From: Octopus bimaculoides
Lineage: Eukaryota
Assembly: GCF_001194135.2 (NCBI RefSeq)
Contig: NC_068988.1
Span: 87,972,836 to 88,022,633 of the forward strand
Direction of reading: 5' to 3'
DNA: 49,798 bases
The position numbers were made by a program, and so were the translations under genes. A model generated the notes under the pieces. The model was given only the letters and a program-made list of their open reading frames with translations. It was not told the origin of the DNA and made no database searches. The first letter of the stretch is position 1, and the number at the start of each line of letters is the position of its first letter. Shown here one piece after another: positions 25,849-36,837 of the stretch.

Positions 25849-25934
25849 AACACATCTGGTGTTCCAGCACAATCATCAGATACTGCTCACATGGCATAAC
25901 GAACTGATGATTGTGCTGGGACACCAGATATGTT
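25849..25934. ncRNA. Candidate pri-miRNA-like hairpin (strand undetermined)
   Basis: The 31-nt arms 25849-25879 and 25904-25934 pair with one mismatch and one G:U on either strand; 24-nt apical region. Lies in apparently unique sequence. I recognise no known miRNA seed. Confidence 0.4.
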
Positions 25935-26148
25935 TGGAATATATACATAATGACGACGACAGATATTACTACATCCACCATTGCCGCCGCCGCCGCCGCT
26001 GCCGCGGCCACCACGACCACCACGACCACCACCGTTACCAATGAGTCAAAGAGCTGTTCAGTTAACCTACTGAAAATAGCAGTGAAGTTTGCCTCGAATG
26101 AAACATTAGTTTAAAGACCAAACGGGCGTGCACACAGAAACACATGCA

Positions 26149-26234
<86 letters not shown>

Positions 26235-26417
26235 AATCATATTCTCTTTGATACACTTTCTGAATAAATGATGTAACCATCAGCTGGATTAAGATCAGCC
26301 TGGGGTTAAAATTTAACAGCAACAACAACAGCAGACAAGGCCGAAACACAGCAGTAACAACAAGGGGAGCAACAACAAGAAAAGAGCAACAACAACAGTG
26401 AAATCAGCAAAATTGGC

Positions 26418-26449
<32 letters not shown>

Positions 26450-27475
26450 CCACAACATCATTGACAATAGCAGCAGCAGCAGCAATATTGTGAAGAATTA
26501 AGAAAATATATTATTCAGAAATCCAATAATACTATAATTATCTGAATATAGACTCGTATTTATAGTGGACCGTGGATGATGGAGATATGATAACGATGAT
26601 GATGTGAGGGTGGTGGCTGTGGTGACGATGACGATGGGGATGCTGCTGGTGCTGTGGTTATGGTTGTTGTTGGGGGTGGTGGTGGTGGTGATGGTGGTGG
26701 TGGTNNNNNNNNNNNNNNNNNNNNNNNNNNNNNNNNNNNNNNNNNNNNNNNNNNNNNNNNNNNNNNNNNNNNNNNNNNNNNNNNNNNNNNNNNNNNNNNN
26801 NNNNNNNNNNNNNNNNNNNNNNNNNNNNNNNNNNNNNNNNNNNNNNNNNNNNNNNNNNNNNNNNNNNNNNNNNNNNNNNNNNNNNNNNNNNNNNNNNNNN
26901 NNNNNNNNNNNNNNNNNNNNNNNNNNNNNNNNNNNNNNNNNNNNNNNNNNNNNNNNNNNNNNNNNNNNNNNNNNNNNNNNNNNNNNNNNNNNNNNNNNNN
27001 NNNNNNNNNNNNNNNNNNNNNNNNNNNNNNNNNNNNNNNNNNNNNNNNNNNNNNNNNNNNNNNNNNNNNNNNNNNNNNNNNNGGTAGTGGTAGTGGTGGT
27101 AGTTGTTGTGGTGTTAGTAGTGGTAGAAGCGGTGTTGATGGTGGTGGTGGTGGTGGTGGTGATGACAATGTTGAGGAGATCGGTGGTAGTGGTAGTGATG
27201 ACGATGATGACAATGATGATGATGAAAGGGAATGAGGGTGGCTGAATGATAGTGAATGTGATGACAATGATTGTGATGATGATGGTGATGCTACTGCTGC
27301 TGTTGCTGATAGTTGCAGCTGGCTTTCGACGTTGCTCTGATTAATGTTTTTAGAGAGGAAGAGGAAGAGGAGAAAGGGGAGGAAGAGGAGGGCGAGAGAG
27401 ATAGAGAAAGACAGAGGAAGTAATCCTTTGCTAATTTTGTAGACAATTTAACTGTGGGTTGGTCGGTTAGTTGGT

Positions 27476-27510
<35 letters not shown>

Positions 27511-28399
27511 CTTTAAACTTATGTTTCATTCGAGGCAAACTTCACTGTTATTCCCACCAGGTTAACTGAATGACCACCACTCCTTGTTGGGGATACAATC
27601 CATCTGTATATGTGTGTATGTATGTATGTCTGTATGTATATATGTATAGGTATATGTATTTACATATACATGCATATGTAAGTATATATATATATATAAG
27701 CAATATATGAGTATATGCATATATATGTACATGTATGTATATACGTTCATCTACATGTACATATAGATACATAACTAGGTACATGACGTGGCAAAAGAAC
27801 AAGGACAAAATGGTAAACAAGGTGCAACAAACAAGCAGGCCACATAGAAACATCCCCTTCATCAGCTGCCACCATTAAAACTCTAGTGTTTCGAAGAATT
27901 ATATATATATATATTTNNNNNNNNNNNNNNNNNNNNNNNNNNNNNNNNNNNNNNNNNNNNNNNNNNNNNNNNNNNNNNNNNNNNNNNNNNNNNNNNNNNN
28001 NNNNNNNNNNNNNNNNNNNNNNNNNNNNNNNNNNNNNNNNNNNNNNNNNNNNNNNNNNNNNNNNNNNNNNNNNNNNNNNNNNNNNNNNNNNNNNNNNNNN
28101 NNNNNNNNNNNNNNNNNNNNNNNNNNNNNNNNNNNNNNNNNNNNNNNNNNNNNNNNNNNNNNNNNNNNNNNNNNNNNNNNNNNNNNNNNNNNNNNNNNNN
28201 NNNNNNNNNNNNNNNNNNNNNNNNNNNNNNNNNNNNNNNNNNNNNNNNNNNNNNNNNNNNNNNNNNNNNNNNNNNNNNNNNNNNNNNNNNNNNNNNNNNN
28301 NNNNNNNNNNNNNNNNNNNNNNNNNNNNNNNNNNNNNNNNNNNNNNNNNNNNNNNNNNNNNNNTATATACATGCATTTATATGTGTTAATTTATGCAAA

Positions 28400-28455
28400 A
28401 GGGAGTGCTCCAGCATGGCCGCAATCAAATGACTGAAACAAATAAAAGAAAAGAA
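28400..28455 (+). mobile_element. SINE type C, extreme 3' end
   Basis: gtgctccagcatggccgcaatcaaatgactgaaacaaataaaaga. Another degraded 3' end lies on the minus strand at ~25600-25680. Confidence 0.75.
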
Positions 28456-29007
28456 TATATGTATGTGTACGTCCACATGAATCTATGTATCTATCTATTT
28501 CTTTTGTCTCCTTCGCTCTCCGTCTGTCTGTTTATCTGTTGTCTGTCAGAAAAACAGATCGCAAGAAAGCACATTTTCATATACTAACAAGGGAAATAAC
28601 CGCCTCACAGCGAAGCTAGAATACTATACTAGACTAGCTTCGTTTGAAAATTACAAACTCACTAGTAGTGACTACTCCATCGTTGGACGGTTTGGCCGAA
28701 TCCTGACAGTCAGTGTATTTAGTTACCATATGAATCTATAGCTGATTCAGCAAAATGCTAATATGAAAATTATAAAAAAAACGAAGGCAGCTATATTCAA
28801 TATAAAAATGTGCTCTCTTGCGTCTCTAAGGGATTTTAAACTATTTCTGGCAATATATGTGTTACCCTGCACCTTCTGTCAGAATTAGTGATAACTGAAT
28901 TGTCCCGTTCTGGTTTATATTGCGTTTAGCTGAAAACAGTTACTTTCTTCATTGTTCACATTCCTGCAGTCTCATCTTTTAGTGGCTTGTACACCTGCAA
29001 GCATTGT

Positions 29008-29241
29008 TGTTGCTGGCACTCCGTCGCTTACGGCATCGAGTGTTCCAGTTGATCCGGTCAACGGACCAGCCTGCTCGTGAAATTAACGTGCAAGTGGCTG
29101 AGCACTCCACAGACACGTGTATCCTTAATGTAGTTCTCGGAGATATTCAGCGTGACACAGTATGACAAGGCTGATCCTTTGAATTACCGCGATCCTATGG
29201 CCGCGAATCCGCTGCCTTAACCACTGGGCCATTGTGCCTCC
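29008..29241 (-). mobile_element. SINE type B variant with a different tRNA head and a deleted middle
   Basis: The 3' half matches type B (ctggcactccgtc...gttccagttgatcc...gtgaaattaacgtgcaagtggctgagcactccacagacacg). The minus-strand 5' end gtggaggcacaatggcccagtggttaagg carries an A-box (TGGCCCAGTGG). Confidence 0.75.
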
Positions 29242-29279
29242 ACACCTGAAAGCATATACATACACTAAAAGATTAAGTT

Positions 29280-29494
29280 ATCTTTTCGAGCTCTTCGTCA
29301 TACACTTGTATGGTGATATCTATAATCTTGATTTTCTTCATCAGTTCGTCAACCACAGCAATGTCTGGTCTCCGAGCATTAATCGATGAATCACACTGGA
29401 TTGTAAAATCCCACAAGAGCTTATACTCATTTTACTCGGTGACACCCTCTGGTTTATACTTGTACCCTTTCAATGTCCTTTCAAAACCGTACTT
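29280..29494 (-). mobile_element. R4/Dong-like element, endonuclease N-terminal half
   Basis: KYGFERTLKGYKYKPEGVTE*NEYKLLWDFTIQCDSSINARRPDIAVVDELMKKIKIIDITI. Confidence 0.85.
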
Positions 29495-29510
29495 ATCATC
29501 ATTATTACTT

Positions 29511-29855
29511 ATTCAGTTAACTTCTGATTTATCTACGTCCTCTCTCAGCTCTATCCCACAGCTTAGAGACGTCAGGTCTTCTTCAACACATGACCTGCTC
29601 CAAGTATTGCTGCCAAGTGAATACTTCCTAAGAAGTTTGGTACTTGCAGCTTTTGATGTCAGAATATTACTCTCTTTGAGATGGCCCCAAGTGCACCGAC
29701 CGCAATAGGTACCACATTCACTTTTGAGATTCTTACACTTCCAGTCCTAGATTTTGATTCTCCTCGACTTCCTCATCTTATGTCTTAACAATATTCTGCT
29801 CTACAGGTATAGCAACATTGATGAAGATCCATTCTTTGGAATCTTTCATTCTTAC
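29511..29855 (-). mobile_element. R4/Dong-like element, endonuclease C-terminus and 3' UTR ending in a TAA/TGA tail
   Basis: KEWIFINVAIPVEQNIVKT*DEEVEENQNL...MVPIAVGALGAISKR...GSIHLAAILGAGHVLKKT* (stop 29572-29574), then UTR, then taataatgatgataa. Confidence 0.8.
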
Positions 29856-31299
29856 CGCAAATATTCATAGAGTAATTGCGATTGATAGCGTATTCATGAA
29901 CGTAGTTGAAAGGACTTTCAAGGTTCAAGTTCGCTGCGAGGTAGGCTGTGTCACTGTCGCATGTACTGACGGAATTTCATTTTCAGATGATATGCAGTGA
30001 TGTATATGCTCTTTGTAGTTTATAATGATTTATTGTGGAGAGATTGGGGTCAAAGGTAGAACACACATAATACTTTACAGAATTTAGTGTCATCTCTTTA
30101 AGTTTTGATTTCAAATTACGCTGGAGTTACTTTGTTATACTTCCGTAGTTACTAAAATTAGATGATGCTGATAATGATGATGATTGTGGTCATAATGGTG
30201 ATGACGGTAACGATGGAGATGGTGGCACTGTGTCGATGTTAATTACATTGCACGAGATCTAACTACTATAGCATCAAAAAGGTTTTAACTTTGTACCGAT
30301 GTTAGAAATTATTATTATTTGACCGTATGTTTCTCGATTCGATTTGTGGCTGTCACTCATGTTACAAGATGTATATCCACCACACGAAAGTGGTATATAT
30401 ATATAAACGCAAATATTCACAACGTGCGACATTCATACATACATCCGCACGCATACACACAAGCATATACATGCACACATATACACACTAGAAGACATAC
30501 AGACGCACACCCACAGACATACCCACCTAAGCATATTTATACAAAAATATACACACTGGAAGGTATACACATACATACATCAGCATATATATACGCAAAT
30601 ATACACATTGCTAAACATATGCTCGCACAGCCACAAACATACACACATGAGCACATATAAACAAAATTAACACTCTACCAGACATACACACCTGCAACTG
30701 CACACAGACATGTAAAGCATAGACACAAACAATTATACACACTGCAGGACGTATACATATAGCTACACATATACACACGAGCATAAGCATACACATACAC
30801 ACACAAGCATATACAAATATACGCACGCAGACTTATACACGCTCAGTTACATAAGCACATACGTAGATAAATATACGTACAACTACACACATACGCATAT
30901 AAAGACACATAGATACATGCAAATACACACGCACAAACATGCACGCACTCAGACACACAAGCTCACACATATATACACAACTTCACACACATGCTTACTC
31001 GCATTTTCACATAATTACTAAACAACAGCTATAACAACATTTACGACAACAGTCACACCAAAAACCCCTGCCATATCTCAAGAGTTGTCACGTTACATTA
31101 TTCCATAAATAACTGTGCTATAAATCTACTTCCGGAAACAGCAATTATGCAGCAACAGTGGCTGCAGCAATAAAATAAACATTAAGAACAAGCATAGCAA
31201 AAAGCAACAAGATGAGGAAAAACAAAACAAAAAACAACAACAACAACAGCTGCATCAACAATTGAAATCTGGACCAAAAGAGAAAGATATATTTTTATC

Positions 31300-31490
31300 C
31301 TGCATCCTCATGACGTCACGACGCTAAATTTTGGCTCGGTTCTTCATGAGAAAGCGAAACGTACAGAGAACAAAACGTCTGTCAGATGGAGTTTCGCTGT
31401 AATGGCGGACTGTTGTTTATCTGACAACATGGCTGACTTTGCATTAAATGAGTTTTCTTTCGCCTGCCAACAAAACAAACGGTCAGCAAA
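31300..31490. promoter_or_regulatory. Possible cis-regulatory island (CRE palindrome and two YY1-like motifs)
   Basis: TGACGTCA at 31311-31318; aATGGCGg (~31401) and aacATGGC (~31426) in a non-repetitive, CpG-containing patch between microsatellites. Motif-only evidence. Confidence 0.25.
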
Positions 31491-32309
31491 CACACAAACA
31501 CACACGCACACACACACATACACGCACACAGACGCACACACACGCACACACACATACTCAGAAAACACGAAACACAAAAAACAAATAGGTAATAAGAAAT
31601 AAATAGAAAAACAACAGGACTTGGACGTTAAAATAAGAAAAAGGAAAAAAAAAATGCAGAAAAGTTTTGTCTTTATCTTTCTCTCTTTCCCTGCTCTCCC
31701 TCTGTCTCTATATATCTCTCTTTCCTTGTTATCTTTCTCTCTCTCCCCTTCTCTCTCTATCTCTATGCTCTTTTTCAACAATGATGTACACATACATATA
31801 TGTTGATTTGTATATATATATATACATNNNNNNNNNNNNNNNNNNNNNNNNNNNNNNNNNNNNNNNNNNNNNNNNNNNNNNNNNNNNNNNNNNNNNNNNN
31901 NNNNNNNNNNNNNNNNNNNNNNNNNNNNNNNNNNNNNNNNNNNNNNNNNNNNNNNNNNNNNNNNNNNNNNNNNNNNNNNNNNNNNNNNNNNNNNNNNNNN
32001 NNNNNNNNNNNNNNNNNNNNNNNNNNNNNNNNNNNNNNNNNNNNNNNNNNNNNNNNNNNNNNNNNNNNNNNNNNNNNNNNNNNNNNNNNNNNNNNNNNNN
32101 NNNNNNNNNNNNNNNNNNNNNNNNNNNNNNNNNNNNNNNNNNNNNNNNNNNNNNNNNNNNNNNNNNNNNNNNNNNNNNNNNNNNNNNNNNNNNNNNNNNN
32201 NNNNNNNNNNNNNNNNNNNNNNNNNNNNNNNNNNNNNNNNNNNNNNNNNNNNNNNNNNNNNNNNNNNNNNNNNNNNNNNNNNNNNNNNNNNNNNNNNNNN
32301 NNNNNNNNA

Positions 32310-32935
32310 AAGATTTACAACCAAAAGCCCTACCATACATCTGCGCACACAACCCTCTTAACAATGAAACCTTCCACATCATCCTCCAAAACATTCCCCT
32401 ACTAAAAAGGGACCACACAATGAATTTTATTCTCCAAACCCACACCATCATAAAAAGCATGAGAGAACCCAAATCTAGGAAAAGTCCCCTAACACAAACC
32501 CGAATACGCACAACAACAACAACACTGAAGCCGTCAGTAAAAAAATGCGGAAGACCCAACTGTGGGATATGCGTCAATCTAATTGAGGGATCAGAGTTCT
32601 CTTTCAAACAGGGTCAACGTTTCACAGTGAAGAGCAACTTCACATATGCTTCAGAGAACCCGATATACGTATTAACCTGCTCTGGGTGTCGAAAGCAATA
32701 CTTAGGCCAAACAAAAACAGTCTACGTCAAAGGATGGCTCTGCACAGATCCCAGATCAAAATTCTGAAAAACAGAAAAATAGCATTCAGCAAGCACATCG
32801 ACATTTGCGCCAATAACAAACTACGAAGCTTCAGAATCTATCCCCTCTATCCATTCAGGGACGATGCAACCTGTAGTTAGCATATTAGTAAAGAGTCATT
32901 CTTTATCACGAAATACCAACCCCTTTTGAATGCAT
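32310..32935 (+). mobile_element. Penelope-like element, linker and C-terminal GIY-YIG endonuclease (inactivated)
   Basis: LPYICAHNPLN...KCGRPNCGICVNL...NPIYVLTCSGCRKQYLGQT / KNSLRQRMALHRSQI...FSKHIDIC...FRIYPLY...KESFFITKYQPLLN. One frameshift near 32715 and a stop at 32878. The upstream part lies in an N gap. Confidence 0.88.
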
Positions 32936-33234
32936 CCACAACAAATGACACTGTCACCAGGGCCTTAGTAGAACACCCACACAAATATATAAAAAAAAAA
33001 ACGATATATTCAAAGCAGTCACCTAAAGAATTTATTCAGAACTGTTTCAATCACAACAATCATCCATAACAAGTCACTTTTAGGTCACTTGACCATTTAA
33101 GTGGGTTCCATAAACATCCTTCTCTTTGTAAACACACTCGGACTCAATCCATCTCTCGCCTTAACATCATTACCTGGTCCTCATTGGGTGCCTTTCTGCG
33201 GTGTGCAAACGTTCAGGTGAAGGCTCTGATCTAA

Positions 33235-33322
33235 GGATAACTTCCTTCCTTCCTTTCTTCCTTCCTTCCTTCCTTTCTTCCTTCCTTCCTTCCTTTCTTC
33301 CTTCCTTCATGCCTTCCTTTCC
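33235..33322. repeat. (TTCC)n polypyrimidine microsatellite
   Basis: Direct reading. Confidence 0.95.
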
Positions 33323-33430
33323 TCCACTCTTTCTCGAATCAGTTTCAGAGGTTATGAAAAAAAAAAAAAAAAACGAAGGTCGTATGTGCTGCCCTCATCT
33401 CTTAGGAGCATGTTGTTATTTCTATTCTTG

Positions 33431-34255
33431 TAAATCCTTGATCATAGATCAACATTTCCTTTCCCTTTGAAAACACCTTAAAATCAAAGATCACCATTTC
33501 GCTTCCCTTGGTAAACCTAAATCCTTATTAAACACAGCACCCCCTCCAATTTCTCTTATTCCCGTAAACCACAAGTCACCATTTCCCTTGCCTTAGTAAA
33601 CCTCAAAACAGTCACTAGTTCCCTTCTGTTGGTAAACCCTTAAACAGATATCATTATTCCTTCCTCTTTGTGATCCCTTATAAATCACAGTTCACCATCT
33701 CCCTTTTCTTCGTAAACTCTTAACCATAGATTACTGTTTCATCTTTTCTTAGTAAATCCTTATTAAACAGAGATCACTCAAACTCTTTTCCTTATAAACC
33801 CTTAAACACAGCTCACCAATTTTCCTGTCTTTAGGAAACTCTTAAACCACAAGTTCCCATTTCTCTTTCGTCACCTTGATAACATTTCACCACTTCTCTT
33901 CCCCTAGTTAGCCCTGAACCAGAAAACACCACTTCCATTTTCCTTGTAAACCCTTAACCACAGACGCCCATGACCCTTTCCTCAGTAAAGCCTTTAACCA
34001 TTGATCGCAATTACTCTTCTCTTGGTATATCCTCAATTACAGGTCACCATGTTCATTCCTCTGTAAACTGTTATTAACTAGAGAACACCACTTCCCGTCT
34101 ATTAGTAAACTCCTTAATCACAGATCGCTATTTTTCCTCTTCTAGCAAACCCTAAGCTATAGGTCAACATGCCCTGTTCTAAACCCTTACTAAGCAAAAG
34201 TCACCATTTCCCTCCTCTTGGTAAACTCTTAACTGCAGATCATCATTACTCTAAA
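33431..34255. repeat. Degenerate ~39-bp minisatellite, about 21 units
   Basis: Consensus by eye: GTAAACCCTTAAACACAGATCACCATTTCCCTTCTCTT(A/G). The gtaaa-like anchor recurs about every 39-40 nt. The plus strand is strongly G-poor. Confidence 0.85.
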
Positions 34256-34922
34256 TAAGCTTTTAGCTTCCTACCACTACTCCATCATGCTTAAAAAACC
34301 CTTTCTAGAGGTCATCATCCACCCACGCTCTGTCTATCTCTGTTTCTGTCTGTTTGTCTGTTTGTCTGTCTGCCTGTCTCTGTATGTTTCTCTCTCTCTG
34401 AGAAACAACCAAACAAATGCAGAAACATAGTAGAAACAAAAGCAGAATAATCTAGAAACGATTTAATTCCACTTGGAAAATTAAATGGATTTTTGGTGTT
34501 GCATTTCAGCAGAATATTGCACTTGCTAATGCAATATGTTGCAGATGCACACAAATACGTGCATGTGAATCTGTGCTCGTATTCTTGCATATACGCACAA
34601 AGTCACAAAAGCATGGATACATGTATGCGCGGATGTAAGCCTGAGCGCGTGTATGCGTTTGTGTATATTTTTCTGTGGGTGCGTTTGCGTTCATGTAGTG
34701 TGTGCACGTCGCGTGTATGTGCGTATGTGAGCGGTGTGCATATGCCTGTAAATGTGGATATATATGCGTATATATCTGTGCGCGTCGACGTGTGTATATT
34801 TGCTGGGTACTGTGTTAAGTTGTGGTGGAGAGGACGATAACAGACGACGTGCCCATGTGTGTCTATTTTCTACATTATCATAATTAGAAATCATATGTCA
34901 TCATGAAAATATGCAATCATGC

Positions 34923-34990
<68 letters not shown>

Positions 34991-34995
<5 letters not shown>

Positions 34996-35153
34996 TAGTT
35001 TTATTTTTATAACGTGCTTTCACTTCACTACCGAGCGCAGCTCTGTGCGCCTTGGGTATGTGCTGTGGTTTGCTGTGGTGCTCTTATGTTTACTGTATTG
35101 AAAGTGTTTTGCGTAGAATGTGTGCAGTACCCAGTAGTGCAATTTTCTGTATG

Positions 35154-35155
<2 letters not shown>
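34991..35155 (-). mobile_element. Dong-like element, young 5'-truncated 3' end inside an (ATT)n array
   Basis: Reverse complement of 35990-36155 with about 3 differences; encodes NIQKIALLGTAHILRKTLSIQ* plus 3' UTR. (ATT)n lies on both sides (34921-34990, 35156-35183). Confidence 0.9.
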
Positions 35156-35185
<30 letters not shown>

Positions 35186-35256
35186 AAGATCATCACCATT
35201 TATTATTATTATTGTTACTAATTTTCTGATTTTCATTATTCATGACGGTTGTTCTA

Positions 35257-35292
<36 letters not shown>

Positions 35293-35399
35293 GTTGTTGT
35301 TGTTGTTCTTTTTGTTATATTAGTTCTTCATTTTGTTTATTTTGTTGTTATTGTTATTATGATTATAATAGTATTAATAATTATTATTATTGTTGCTGA

Positions 35400-35443
<44 letters not shown>

Positions 35444-35850
35444 TTATTTTTATTATTATCAATGTTATTATCATTATATTTGCTCTTCATTTTGTTTATT
35501 ATTTGGCGTAAATTTTTTGTTATTCTATTTTATTCTATTTTAATTTCTCCGTATCTGAATTTTATTTCTTTCCAATCCTGCCACGTCCTTCCCCACTCAG
35601 CACCACTCTGTCCCATTCCACACCAATCTACACCACATCACTTCATTGCGTTTTCTCTCACTACTTGGCCACTACCACCACGATCCCCCCCCCATCTCCG
35701 CCATTTTCTTGTAGTCTGATCTGTACGACGAGTTGTAATCGGCTTAACACTCACGTAAGATTAACGAGATAATCCGACTAGTTTTCCTGAAACATGCAAC
35801 TGATCATCACAGCAACAACACCGGCTTCATTTCCACCTACACCCCTTATG

Positions 35851-35942
<92 letters not shown>

Positions 35943-35943
<1 letters not shown>

Positions 35944-36154
35944 TTCAGACAAATACATAACAAAAACACCAGGACTTACAAATATATATAACATACAGAA
36001 AATTGCACTACTGGGTACTGCACACATTCTACGCAAAACACTTTCAATACAGTAAACATAAGAGCACCACAGCAAACCACAGCAAATACCCAAGGCGCAC
36101 AGAGCTGCGCTCGGTAGTGAAGTGAAAGCACGTCATAAAAATAAAACTACTGGA

Positions 36155-36155
<1 letters not shown>
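35943..36155 (+). mobile_element. Dong-like element, young 5'-truncated 3' end inside an (AAT)n array
   Basis: SDKYITKTPGLTNIYNIQKIALLGTAHILRKTLSIQ* (TAA 36053-36055) is the typical R4/Dong ORF end, followed by ~100 nt of UTR. (AAT)n lies at 35847-35942 and 36156-36187. Confidence 0.9.
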
Positions 36156-36187
<32 letters not shown>

Positions 36188-36346
36188 CTTTTCTTCTAAA
36201 GTCACAAGGTCTAAAACTTGTGTCTGTGTGTGTGGAGGGGACTAGTCGATTACATCTACTCCAGTGTTTCACTGGTACTTAATTTATGGGTCCCGAACGG
36301 AGGAAAGGCAAAGTCGAACTCAGAAAGTAGCGGTAGACGAAATACC
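36188..36346 (-). mobile_element. SINE type A, 5'-truncated and internally deleted
   Basis: The tail ...cacaaggtctaaaac..., gactagtcgattacatc and ctggtacttaatttat core are present. Its (ATT)n tail is the array that ends the Dong copy. Confidence 0.8.
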
Positions 36347-36579
36347 TATTTCGTTATTGCCCACAAGGGGCTAAACATAGAGGGAACAAACAAGAACAGA
36401 CGAACGGATTAAGTCGATTACATCGACCCCAGTGCGTAACTGGTACTTAATTTATCGACCCCGAAAGGATGAAAGGCAAAGTCGACCTCGGCGGAATTTG
36501 AACTCAGAACGCAGTGGTAGACGAAATACCGCTAAGCATTTCGCCCACCGTGCTAACGATTCTGCCAGCTCGCTGCCTT
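36347..36579 (-). mobile_element. SINE type A, full-length, alternative 3' tail
   Basis: Minus strand: aaggcagcgagctggcagaatcgttagcacgg (A-box TGGCAGAATCG), GAGTTCAAATTCC (B-box), core gccgaggtcgactttgcctttcatcctttcggggtcgataaattaagtaccag, then tail ...gtttagccccttgtgggcaataacgaaata. Confidence 0.9.
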
Positions 36580-36837
36580 GAAACGGGAATAGAGTACTCG
36601 GTAGAGCAGCCGCAAAAGAGTTTGCCTCCTAGGCACAGCCAAACTCGTCAGAAAAGTACTAGATAGTTGAATAGAACAAGTAGCATGGTACTGTAAGCAA
36701 GCTGTAGGTAGCAAACCCACTATTCATGCAGGATTTCAGGAGTTCCGACAAACCCGAGTTAAAAGAGTAAAAGTAATGACCAAGAGAAGGAAGAAAACTA
36801 GATATAATTATAGAGGGCAAAATAAAGAAACAGTGTA

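Noticed and set aside
28611-28675. Short hairpins cgaagctag/ctagcttcg and tcacta-g-tagtga as a Helitron 3' end
   Set aside because: No convincing CTRR terminus at the expected distance and no second copy in the window.
33431-34255. CRISPR-like array
   Set aside because: The units are contiguous degenerate repeats without unique spacers, the context is eukaryotic and there are no cas genes.
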